DNA of 64,000 nt, taken from Minutocellus sp. GHC0000111. Lineage: Eukaryota. Numbering within the stretch: the stretch's first letter is position 1; the number at the start of each line of letters is the position of its first letter. The position numbers were made by a program, and so were the translations under genes. Below the pieces are notes generated by a model. It saw only the letters and a program-made list of their open reading frames with translations, did not search any database and was not told where the DNA came from. Where the stretch lies: positions 744,001 to 808,000 of the forward strand of contig OZ361257.1 of assembly GCA_977018835.1 (NCBI GenBank), read 5' to 3'. Shown one piece after another: positions 24,253 through 34,700 of this stretch.

Positions 24253-25248
24253 TTAGGCTATGGTCTCCTTATACTCTGCATTCGCATACTGCTTTGGAAG
24301 TCGAATGTCCATAACTCGCAGCAAAGTTACATCCCTCCGGAATCCATTAAGCCTCCTGGAGTGCTTCCTCTTGCGCTTCTTGAAGACGAGGACACGAGCA
24401 TCGCGAGTATTCTCCTCCACGAGGACGTCGACCTCGACGCCGCTAACACCCGGGAGGCCCACAAGAGTAAAGTGCGTCGAACCGACGAGGAGCATATCAT
24501 CATTCTTGAGGGTGATTGTCTTCCCGACGGCCCACTTGTCCGCAGGCTTAAGTTTGTTGGTAACGATGACGTCGTCGATGGTAACCTTCTGCTGCGTCCC
24601 GGGGAGGTTGAGGACGGCGAAAAGTCCACCGGCTGGTAGACCCGATTTCAGGGCTGCAAGCTGCGACTTTGGCCGATTGCGGAATCCCTGGTTGTTGTAT
24701 TCCGGAAGCTGGCCATCCTCTTCATCGTCATCATCATCGCTGTACTCTTCTTCGTCATCCGACACCTGCTCGACATCCTCGAGGGGTTCGTCCAGCGCGG
24801 CAGGTGCTGCTTCATCGGTACCGGCCTCCAGCTGTTTGGTTCCTTCTGCCTCAACCCCATCGTTCAATTCATCCTCGTCGGGTAAGTACAGCACAAAGGG
24901 ATCGTACGGCGGATCGTCCTTGCCCTTGCCCTCGTCGTAGGCCAGGCGGAGCTGATCGCCGTGGCGGCCGGCGAGGGCCTCCTCGTACGCGGCTCCGTGA
25001 TCGACGGCAGCGTACATGGATACCTTGGCATCCCCCGCATCATCCATATTGGGCACCGATGTGCTAAATTGACGGCAATTCGATCTCTCCACTTGCTGCG
25101 AAACGAGCGCCCATTGTGATTGTCCGCCAGCTGGTGACGATCTGGTGACAGTGGTGGTGGCACCAGCACCGCCGGCCGACGTGCCACTTGCCAGGGAAGA
25201 CGATACTCGACATCTTCGAATGGCCGTCGAGGTCACAGATCGAAGCAT
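24253..25248 (-). CDS. MRPL21: Mitochondrial ribosomal protein L21 (bL21m)
   Basis: FAVLNLPGTQQKVTIDDVIV...LLVGSTHFTLVGLP...VLVFKKRKRKHSRRLNGFRRDVTLLRV; Arg/Ser-rich presequence MLRSVTSTAIRR. Confidence 0.88.
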   Translation of the reverse strand: MLRSVTSTAIRRCRVSSSLASGTSAGGAGATTTVTRSSPAGGQSQWALVSQQVERSNCRQFSTSVPNMDDAGDAKVSMYAAVDHGAAYEEALAGRHGDQLRLAYDEGKGKDDPPYDPFVLYLPDEDELNDGVEAEGTKQLEAGTDEAAPAALDEPLEDVEQVSDDEEEYSDDDDDEEDGQLPEYNNQGFRNRPKSQLAALKSGLPAGGLFAVLNLPGTQQKVTIDDVIVTNKLKPADKWAVGKTITLKNDDMLLVGSTHFTLVGLPGVSGVEVDVLVEENTRDARVLVFKKRKRKHSRRLNGFRRDVTLLRVMDIRLPKQYANAEYKETIA

Positions 25249-25493
25249 GATGCTATGCTTATGCTGAGATGTAAGAGCAAGGGAGTTGGGAACGCTGTTA
25301 GTTGCTAAGGGCAGCAGCGCAGTCCGGACAATAGTCACCGGCGGAGCCCAATTTGTGAGGCGTCGGGGCGATGAAATTGATGCTTTCGGGTTGCGGCGGT
25401 GGGGCGGTCAGACGAAAATTGATGACGCAATGATGACGAAAGCGAAACATCTCGTGGAGAACCGGCTCAAAATCAGCCACAGCCAGCGCAACC

Positions 25494-26526
25494 ATGAGGG
25501 TCCGGGCCTCCACCGCCGTGCTCCTTCTGGCGCTAGTCGCCGTCACTCTCAATCGAGTCGCTGCTTATCCGATAATCGCCGAGATTGACGAAGATGATGA
25601 AACGGTAAGTCGAGAGAGCATGGAAAAACCAAGCACATCTTGCAGCACATAAACACACTCCGTATCCGTTGGGTTGGAACGGGTCATGTTTACGTGGAAC
25701 GAAATCGGGGCATGTTGGCATCTGACCTTTACCTGAATCCATAATCTTTGTGGTCTTATTTCTCACCCATTGTGTACATGTGGTGTTCGTGGCTCTCGGT
25801 CTTTTCGGTTTGTACTTGCTTTTACTTGGACTGATTCAACAGTGCTTCACATACAATGTCCCGCACGGAGACGATGCGCACATGGTCTTCACGGCCCTTC
25901 CGCATCACGTGGAGGACGACGTGGAGGATTGGTTCGTATCGCACATGAACGAAATGACTCGCAAGGGTGGAGATCAGTTCATGAAGGACCTGCCGGAATC
26001 GCCCGACAGCATCAAGAAGGTCGTCGACGAGGCCAAGGAGGAGCGGACGGGCGTTCAGCTTCGGGTGCAGGCCCCCCGCCAACCGATTATTGTCCGACGG
26101 CAGTTCAAGTGGTACGATCCCATCATCCTCAAGGATGTGGTGAAAATGTCCAGGGCGGAGAACCCGTTGGGTGGGTACTCCATCTGTTTCGACAACAGTT
26201 CCGATGAGGAGGTGCGGGTACTGATGGACGTGGTCCTGGTCAGCGACAAGGGCGAGGCTGGGGCCACCAAGAAGAAGAAGGGGCTGCAAATGGAGCACCT
26301 GACGCCGCTGGAGCGCAACTTTCAGGAGAGCATTGGAGCGGCACACAAAATATTGAACGAAATGCACTACATGGAACGGAGAGAGGCGCGGATGAGACAC
26401 ACGGCCGAGAGCACCAACAAGCGCATTCGGCTCTTCTCGTACGTGAGCGTCGCCATTCTTTTGGGGGTAACGTACGTTCAGGTGACATATCTCCGCAGCT
26501 ATTTCAAGAAGAAGAAGCTGTTGTAG
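25494..26526 (+). CDS. p24/emp24/gp25L (GOLD domain) cargo receptor; 2 exons (25494-25604, 25843-26526)
   Basis: Signal peptide exon; GTAAGT...CAG intron 25605-25842 keeps frame; GYSICFDN, REARMRHTAESTNKRI, QVTYLRSYFKKKKLL. Confidence 0.9.
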
Positions 26527-26856
26527 GGGCTTTTGAAGTGGTCTTGGTGTGTGCTCGCTCGTTGATACAATAATTATTAGTAGGCACACATACATTTTTC
26601 GTGAACATTGCTGTAAGAATATTTCGCTCTCAATTCTATTGTGAAGCAAACTTCAAGAAAAGTGGAGTTTAGGGGCAGTACCTTGGCAAGGCTAGGATTT
26701 TCAGGCACTACGTAGCGAGAACAAGTGAGTCTCGAACATGAGATGGACAGGTTTGCGGGTACTACAATGCCAGAATGCCGTAAGGCCAGAACGTTTTTAT
26801 ATCTACATACTACAGACCAGACTTCGATCTACTCTTCTATCCCATTCTTTTTTGTT

Positions 26857-27951
26857 TTATTTTACTGCAGCTACTTGATCTCCTTCTGCCGGCCACATCA
26901 GGTGGTGGTCTTCTTCCCAGCCAAACTCCCTTTCGAGGTACTTGCCTTGTTCTACGAATAATTCTTGAATGTAAGCGTACAGCTCCATATCCTTTGCATT
27001 TGCTTCTGCAATCTGTCTCCACTCCTCGCTATCAGAGTCCAGCGGAGGGTGGTCGTTCTTGTTCTCCCGATACTCTGCATCATCGGGCCCTTGCTTCCAG
27101 TATTTCCTCTTACACTGCACATACTTATCGTTGCGCATTGATGAAGTCGCATATCCAAGGAATGTGTCAAATCGGTTGAAGGACTCGGTCATTCGGTCCG
27201 TCAATCCTACAAGAACATATTCTTTGAGCAAAGTCTTGACGACTTTAATGCCTTCGTCCTCTTCTATCTGTTGGCCCGTTATCAGGGTTCGATACAATGC
27301 GTTCGCTGCTGACTTGTTTGTGGCAAACCCGACGAGCGACATCTTTTTGCCAAGGTCTTCGTCGTAGCCCTTTTCCCAAGTTGCAACTTGAAGATAGTAG
27401 TACAGTGAAACTAGTCTTTCAACCGGGTTTCGAAATACGGCAAAACCCCTCCCTTTTCGATTTCCGGTATACTCAGGATATATGCCCGACGCCGCTTGCC
27501 ACAGGCCGCCACCAGACACCAGTTGCCCCAATGGCGCTTCAATGGTGAATCTTTTTGGGGAGTCCATTTTCAGGACTGCTTTGCCATCTTCCGTGCGACG
27601 AATACCAGCCGTTACAACGCCAAAGCATCTGTAATAGTTCAAGATCGTCGAACCCCCCGATTTGAACACGTGAATGAAAAATGGCACAATGTTCTGTCTT
27701 AGGGCTGATAATGGCTCAGTGAGCGTTTCGGCTTGCTGTGATTGCTCGAATGCTGTCCGGTAAAAGCTCTTGTCGTAGATATCTAACGCTGTTAAATTTT
27801 CACCTAATCGCCTTTGCCCCAACAAAAATGATGGAAAAGATGAATCATCACTGGCCAAGAGTAGGAGTGCAGCTGCTATTCCCAAGAGACTCAGTGGAGA
27901 TTGTAGCGCTTGAGATTGTAGCCGCCGGCGTGGTGCCATGGTGCTCTGCAA
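26857..27951 (-). CDS. Type II membrane sulfotransferase-family protein
   Basis: N-terminal TM; FFIHVFKSGGSTI (5'-PSB-like), FRNPVERLVSLYYYL (3'-PB-like), VGLTDRMTES, NAKDMELY. Confidence 0.8.
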   Translation of the reverse strand: MQSTMAPRRRLQSQALQSPLSLLGIAAALLLLASDDSSFPSFLLGQRRLGENLTALDIYDKSFYRTAFEQSQQAETLTEPLSALRQNIVPFFIHVFKSGGSTILNYYRCFGVVTAGIRRTEDGKAVLKMDSPKRFTIEAPLGQLVSGGGLWQAASGIYPEYTGNRKGRGFAVFRNPVERLVSLYYYLQVATWEKGYDEDLGKKMSLVGFATNKSAANALYRTLITGQQIEEDEGIKVVKTLLKEYVLVGLTDRMTESFNRFDTFLGYATSSMRNDKYVQCKRKYWKQGPDDAEYRENKNDHPPLDSDSEEWRQIAEANAKDMELYAYIQELFVEQGKYLEREFGWEEDHHLMWPAEGDQVAAVK

Positions 27952-28363
27952 TGGATTGGCGCAAAAGCAAGTTGAACTCAGCCTGGCTGCGATGTACCGC
28001 GAATGGCGTTCCCTGCCTACTTCGCAGTATTTTTAGCCTACTAGTAGCTACGTAGTACTAGTCTAGTAAGCCTGGTACCTCGGAATGTGAGAATGGCAGC
28101 AGAGCGGCAGTCATCAAACCGAGGCCATTGGAGGCGGCATTCAGTCATGCATCTCGAATGGACTGCGAGGTCATGCGTACTAGTACGTACTCCACTGCTG
28201 TAGTACCGCGGGACCATTGCACAGTGCAACTGAGCGAGAGGCAAGATTTTCATAAAGCATGGGTCAAAGTCAGAAGGCACGAGCATCAACGAACAGCATG
28301 CCAAGAGCATCGCTTCTCGTCTTCTCTGTATTATTTGCCACATTGCTAACGCAAGTATCAGCC

Positions 28364-29032
28364 ATGGCTACCTCCTCGAAAGTGTTGGTGAAGGTGTACA
28401 GCGACCTGGCCTGACCCTGGTGTCATGTTGCCAAGGCGAGGCTGACAAAAGCCATCAACCGCTTCACCTCCTCGGACAGCACCCGATCTGTCGACGTTCA
28501 TTGGATGCCATACATGATTGATCCCGGAACAAATCCCAACGGCGAAGAGTTTGAGGCATACAACATTCGACGTTGGGGTGGTTCTGGGTGGACACGACAC
28601 ATGAAGTCCGAGGGTAAAAAGGACGGTGCGACATTCAAGAGCTGGAAGACGTGGCCCAACACATTCAAAGCTCATCAGCTCATTCGGCTTGCTGAGAACA
28701 AAGGCGTAGACACTAATGTATCCAACAAGGCGTTGTTTGATGCCGTCTATGAGGAAGGGCGGAACATTTCATCGATCGATACCTTGGTCCAAATCGGAAC
28801 GGATAAACTGGGCCTTTCGGCTGAGGAGGTACGAGACTGTCTGGAATTCGATCGACTTGGTGATGAGATCAAGAGCGATATCAACGCTGGAAGGCGAAAA
28901 TATGATATCAGTGGCGTCCCCTTCTTTATCATTGGCGCTGAGGGTAGAAAGGGACGTCCCTATGCGATGTCGGGCGCTCAGAGCCCAAGCACTTTTCTCG
29001 AGACATTCGAGACTGTTTTGGACGAGGAGTAA
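28364..29032 (+). CDS. DsbA/FrnE-like thioredoxin-fold oxidoreductase, probable selenoprotein (Sec codon TGA at 28412-28414)
   Basis: ATG 28364 gives MATSSKVLVKVYSDLA-TGA-PWCHVAKARL, in frame with ORF 28505-29032 (PNTFKAHQLI, ISGVPFFII, SGAQSPSTF). The TGA occupies the first Cys position of the FrnE CPWC motif. Confidence 0.88.
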
Positions 29033-29360
29033 AGAGGAAAATGAGAATGAGAATGAGGATAGGCATCCGGGCGTAATGACCGCAATGAGATTTTTGAGGT
29101 GAGGCCTTTTTGCACTTCGCCATGACTTACTCTCTTGCGCGATGGAAGCTGAGATTAGTCCCTGAAGTTTTTAATCGGAGATAATCACCAGCTGCCTTAT
29201 GCCTTTCTTCGGGATGAGTAAGATAAGTTAGTTAAGTTCTTTCACACATACCATGTAGATACGATCACAATGTGATGGTCTAGCTCGTCTATTATTTTTA
29301 CAGGCACATATTTGATACAGAAATAGGGAAGGGCGGCTTCAATCCCCAATGGGCGAGTCC

Positions 29361-29430
29361 TGACTTGGCATGATCGCACGATCGTGCCCGTTGGCATTGC
29401 TATGCACAGATCGGCGAAGGGTCACAGTCA
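29361..29430 (+). promoter_or_regulatory. Candidate SECIS-like hairpin downstream of the DsbA gene
   Basis: TGACT/AGTCA and TGGC/GTCA lower stem, ATGA at 29370, CGATC/GATCG and GTGC/GCAC upper stem, GA at 29416-29417; apical region has CC rather than AA. Folded by eye only. Confidence 0.35.
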
Positions 29431-29523
29431 TTATAAAGCGCAATGACAACCACCGCATGGAATTGCGCGTTTCCCCTTCCCATCCAATTCTCCCTAGGTA
29501 AGAGTGGGTGCGTCCTCATTCAT

Positions 29524-29922
29524 TTATTTCTTGAAGCGCGACAGCACTGACCCCTTCTTTTTGGACCCGCCGGTCGTGCTTGAGACTGCTGATGCCTTGG
29601 CCGCTCTTCGTTCTGCTAATCTTTCCTCGACGCTCTTGCCACCCGCACTTCCCCCACTGGCAGCGGGTGCACTCGCCGATGGCCAACCAGCAGCTACTCC
29701 ATTAGTATCAGCACTGCCTCCTTTCCCTGCAGCAGCATGTTTCTTTTCAATGGTCGACAGTCGTGCAGCCCTCTCTTTTGATTTTGCGTTGTACTCTGCT
29801 TTTCCGCTTCGCTCCAGCTTGATATCATTCAGCTTTTGCTTCGTACCCTTGACCGCAGCCTGGCCGCCTTTGTAGGCGCCATACGCGCCGGCGGTCACCG
29901 CCGCAGCCGTCACGAAGACCAT
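29524..29922 (-). CDS. Small basic hypothetical protein
   Basis: MVFVTAAAVTAGAYGAYKGG...VLSRFKK; Ala/Lys/Ser-rich 132-aa ORF. Confidence 0.55.
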   Translation of the reverse strand: MVFVTAAAVTAGAYGAYKGGQAAVKGTKQKLNDIKLERSGKAEYNAKSKERAARLSTIEKKHAAAGKGGSADTNGVAAGWPSASAPAASGGSAGGKSVEERLAERRAAKASAVSSTTGGSKKKGSVLSRFKK

Positions 29923-30068
29923 CGTCCTCTCTTCTTTTTCAAGAGTGTGGTTTGTTGGTAATGTAATTGGGAGGTTTTGTGTTTTGAAGGACCACGTCAA
30001 AAAGAACTCCTCAAACAACACTTTATTTGACAGGCCGTGCGTGGCCGAGGCCGTGGTGGCCGCCTACC

Positions 30069-30098
30069 TAGGCCTAGGTACCTAGGTACCTAGGCCTA
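30069..30098. repeat. Perfect 30-bp palindrome between divergent genes
   Basis: TAGGCCTAGGTACCTAGGTACCTAGGCCTA equals its own reverse complement. Confidence 0.95.
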
Positions 30099-30144
30099 CG
30101 TGTAGGAATTCCTAAATCAATACCACACTCAATCAACCAGCAGC

Positions 30145-31475
30145 ATGTCGGGAGGTAACAGCGTCGACCTCGCCAAGATCTTCGTCGGCGGTCTGTCGTG
30201 GCAGACGAATGAAGACTCGCTCCGCTATCATTTTGAGCAGTACGGGGAGGTGGCGTCGGTGGAGGTCATGCGCGATCGCAATACCAACCAGCCCCGTGGC
30301 TTTGCCTTCGTGGTGTTCAAGTCCGACGAGACGGTCGATCTGGTCATGTCGTCGGGACCTCATGAAATCAATCACAAGATAGTGGACGTGAAGAGAGCCC
30401 AGGCGCGCGGGCAGGCGCCGCCCTCCATTCACAACGTGGTGGCCGCTTCGGGTGGAGCTGCCGATGGTGGCGGTGGCGGTGGTGGCGAGGCTGCCTTCAA
30501 TGCGGCCATGGGCGGCGGTGGTGGTAGTGGAGGCGGTGGCGGAGGACCTGCGTCGGCGGAACAGCTCAAATGCAAGGTGAGTTCTTCGTGGCCAGCGATG
30601 CATATGCCAAATAAGCGCTCATACTGCATTGAGAAGCTGCACACATTCTCCTGCCTAACCTCGATCATGTTCTTTAATTTCTTTTCCGTCCTAGGTATTC
30701 GTCGGAGGATTGCCGCTGCATTTGGACAATGATGGGCTCCAGAATTTCTTCTCTCAATTTGGACCGATAACAGACGATGAGTGCTTTTTTCCTGCGTAGC
30801 TTCTATTCTCTGTGGTACATATCAGAGCATCGGACTGGGAATTCCTACCGGTATTTCGTCAAAATTGCCGCTCTGCTGGTATGCGGGGTTACCATAGCCT
30901 GTCATCTCACTCTTCTTTGCGCATTTCATACTGTATGTTTTCCTCACTGGCTGCTTGTGGTTTACATAGCAATTGTCATGATGGATCAAAATACTCAAAG
31001 GAGCCGAGGCTTCGGATTCGTCACCTTTGCGGTGGGAAGTGGTGGAGCTGACAAGGCCATCGATGCCCAGCCACTCGATATCGATGGCAAAAGGGTTGAG
31101 GTAAAGCTCGCGACTCCCAAGGCCGACCAAGCAACCGCCGGAGGTGGTGGAGGAGGCGGTGGTAGATTCCGACCTGGCGGGGCACTGGGGCTCAGAGCTG
31201 GTGCTGCAGCGGCTGCATCGCAATCGACGGGAGAGTTCGCTGGTCTAGCTGCGGCATATGGCAGAAATGGTTGGAGAGGTGGCTATGGGAGCTATGCATT
31301 TGGCAAGAATGGTTGGAGTGTCCAGGGCTGGGAGGATAATAGCCTGGTCAAGGTGGAGAGGAGTGGATTTTCGTTTGATCTGCTTGATAAAAACAAGTCC
31401 AGTGGTGGTAAGAGCCGGGCTCGTAGTATGAGTGGCGGTGATCGGGGACGAGAATCCAAAAGGTCGCGACATTAA
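30145..31475 (+). CDS. Two-RRM RNA-binding protein (hnRNP A/Musashi-like); 3 exons (30145-30576, 30695-30776, 30970-31475); second donor reads AT instead of GT
   Basis: KIFVGGLSW...RGFAFVVF (RRM1); K|VFVGGLP...D|AIVMMDQNTQRSRGFGFVTF (RRM2); frame is restored only with a donor at 30777 (ATGAGT). Confidence 0.88.
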
Positions 31476-31726
31476 TGTTTCATTCGCCGAGGGTATCTTG
31501 GATCTGGATCGTACTAGCAGTATCAAATTATGAGAAATACTGCGCCATAACAGTACCTATAGTATGTAGCGATTTATTATTTATTTATAAGGTGCAATAG
31601 AAAATCCTAATGCCAGAGATGGATAAGAACCAACATCCAAAATTTGTACAGATTGGTCTTCATCCCAACTGGACGAGCCATGCATCTCTAAATGAATTGT
31701 ATTTTTCTTATGTCTCTTGTAAACAT

Positions 31727-34700
31727 TTAAAGCTCAGCCTGAAGAGCGGCGATCTTGGCCTCAATGGCAGCCTTGCGGACACCCTCGATCTTGGCATCGA
31801 TGTCGGATGCGCTGGCAGTGAAGAAGTCAATGACAGCCTGGTTATCCTCCCAATCGGCAGAGCACATGCCCTTGATGATGTCAACGGCAGCATCGGTGGT
31901 CAGGGTGTCGTCAGCAGCCTTGAGCTTGGAGACGAGGTCATCCTGAGCAATGCGGCGCTTGACGGTGTAGAAGAAGAAATCACGGGAACGGGCCCACGGA
32001 ACGGCCTCCTTGATGACACCCTTGGCCTTCATGCGGCCAGTCTTGTCATGCAAATCGGCGAACTCAGTAGCAGCCTGGAGGTAGACGGGCTTGAGAAGCT
32101 CCTCGCGAGCGGCAATCTGCTCGCGGATAGCCTCCATGGCGTCGTTGTCCATGGTGTCAACGTTCTCAAGCTCGACATCAAGAAGCTGAAGCTGAGAATC
32201 GATTCTGTGCATAACCTTGAGCTGGTCGGGAAGACGGAACTTGACCTCCGTGATACCGGCGGGCTCGAGGATACCACCACGAGAATCGGGGTCGGCGTAC
32301 ATCGACATCTGCTCCTCGTTCATGGTGGGGTCGACAACGACCCACGAACCTCCACGGAGCTCGCCGTGGGGAGGCAGGTAGATGTAGACGGGGTGCTCGT
32401 ACTCACGCAGAGCATCAACGATCTGGGCACCGAACTTAAGGATCTCGCCAGCCATATCACGGCTACCACCAGAGAACTCTCAGGGCCACCGAGCTGGTCC
32501 TGAGAGTTGTAGACCTCGCGTCCGAGGAGCTTGTTCAGGGCAGAGTAACCGGTGAGGATCATAGGACCCTGCTTCATCTGGATGACACGCTGGCCAAGAC
32601 GGTTGAGGTAGGTGCCGATACCGACACTGCGACCGGTGACGTAACTGAGGGTGAAGATCTCGTCGTAAGCACGGGAGGTCTCACCAGCGATCTTACCACT
32701 GCCCTGGAGGTTCTCGACACCAATGCCGTGGACCTCTCCGATGATATCATCCACAGCCCAGCCCTCGTCGACCTTGTGGGCGTTGACAGCGCCCTCAGGA
32801 AGAGCCTTGTAATCCTCATCGGTAAGGTAGAGGTACTCGAAGCCCTTGGAGGGACTCTCAGCGTCATAGAACTTGATGTTGATCTTCTCCTTGAGGCCAT
32901 CGTAGAGGCCGATGCGGGCACCGGCGTTACAGGCGATGTAGACACGGGGAAGGTTATGGGCACGGGCGTACTGAGAAGCCTTGTAGTAGATTTCGTCCTC
33001 CTCGACACCGAAGGAACCACTCTTGACGGTAACATCGTTGGCAATGAAGACAACATCGCGGCCCTCGGGGTACTCGGGGGTCTTCATGGAGACGACCCAG
33101 GCAACCATGCCCTCCTTGTTGGTGCCAATGGCACGGGCTCCGGGGACAAGCTCGCCGTCCTCGTTCTCAATGAGCTCCTGGGAGCTGAAGATACCACTAG
33201 GGATGGTGGTGTCATCACCAAGCGAATCGATGTGCTGGTTCCACTCGCCGAGCAGACCGACCTCAAGAAGGCCGAGGAAGTCGTAGGCGTAAGTCGATCC
33301 AACGCGACGGGCAATAGCACGCTTGGTCTGGATGACATTGGAGGTCTCATAGGGATCAAGGAAGCAAACCGAGTCCTTGCCGTCACCGAGGACACAGAAC
33401 TCGCGGGTGACACCAGTGACGGGGTCGGGACGCTCGATGAAGGCGGAGGTCTTGAGCCACTCACCCTCCATGGAGGAAGCAGAGAGACGGACGGGGGTGA
33501 TGATGGGGTTGCCGTTGTCATCGGTACTCTCGATACGGACCTTGACCTCGATCTCATCGACACGGAGCTTCAGAAGACGGTCGGCAAGCTTGCTCTTGAG
33601 CGAATCCATGATCTCACCGAACTTCGCGGCAACCTCCTCGGGGGTACCCTCAAGCTCGGGAAGAGAGTGGAGGAAGATACGGGAGAAGCCTGGGTGCTGA
33701 CTTTGGAGTTGGCCTGGGCACGCTCGAGCTCATCGAGACCCTGAACGAGGGCGCGGGAAGCGCCAGCAGAGGAAACAAGGCCGGGAGTGACGGAGATACC
33801 ACGGACAAAGAGGACCTGGGGAGGACCAGTGCGCATGGGCTTGGCGGTCTTCTCAGAGCCAATGTAAACCTGGACGTTGCGGCCGACCGCAGGGAGACGC
33901 TGAAGATCGAAGTTCTGGTCGAGACGGCCGAGCTCAAGAAGATGGTGGAAGGTGGGACGCATGTTGCGGCGGAGAGGATCCTCCGTGTAGCCGTTGCACT
34001 GAGGGTAGGCATAGTAAAGAGGATCGTTCTTAGCAACAGGGATGATGGTGTTGACGGTACGGACACCGATCATGTTGAGCTTGCTCTTGTTGTCAGTGAT
34101 GGCCTTCTCATCAGCAGCAGCATCGCTACCACCGACAAGAGCAACATGGACAACATTCACAGGATTCTCGGACGAGGCATCGGAATCGAGCTTGCCTCCG
34201 AAATCGTCAAGGATCTTGGGGAGAGCGGCATCAAGGGAGCCTCCCTCGGGAACGACACTGAGAATACCGTTCCTGACAACACTCTGGTCCTCGGGAACGT
34301 CGGCAAAGCGGAACGACCAAGTGCACTCAATACGACCATCGACGTCATCGACGCTGAGGTCAATGATGCGGTGGGCGCGGTAGACACGAAGGACGTAGGT
34401 CTCGGCAGCAGCGGCACGAACCTTGGCATCCTCATCAGAGAAGAGCGAAACCAAAAGGTCGACTCCAGCAGAGAGCGTGGAGCTCTTGGCAAGGGCAACG
34501 ATATCGGTCTCGGAATCAAGAAGCTGCTTGCGGAGGTCGGCAACGCGAACCTCGAAGGCAGGGATCTTAGTCTGACGGATGATGGAGTCGGCGGCAATGG
34601 TGATCTCACCGTACTCACGTCCCTTGAGGTTGGAGAGCTGCTCAAGAGGAGCAAGCAAATCCTCAGGAAGAGCGGCCTCGCCGAAGCGATCAGAGAAGGT

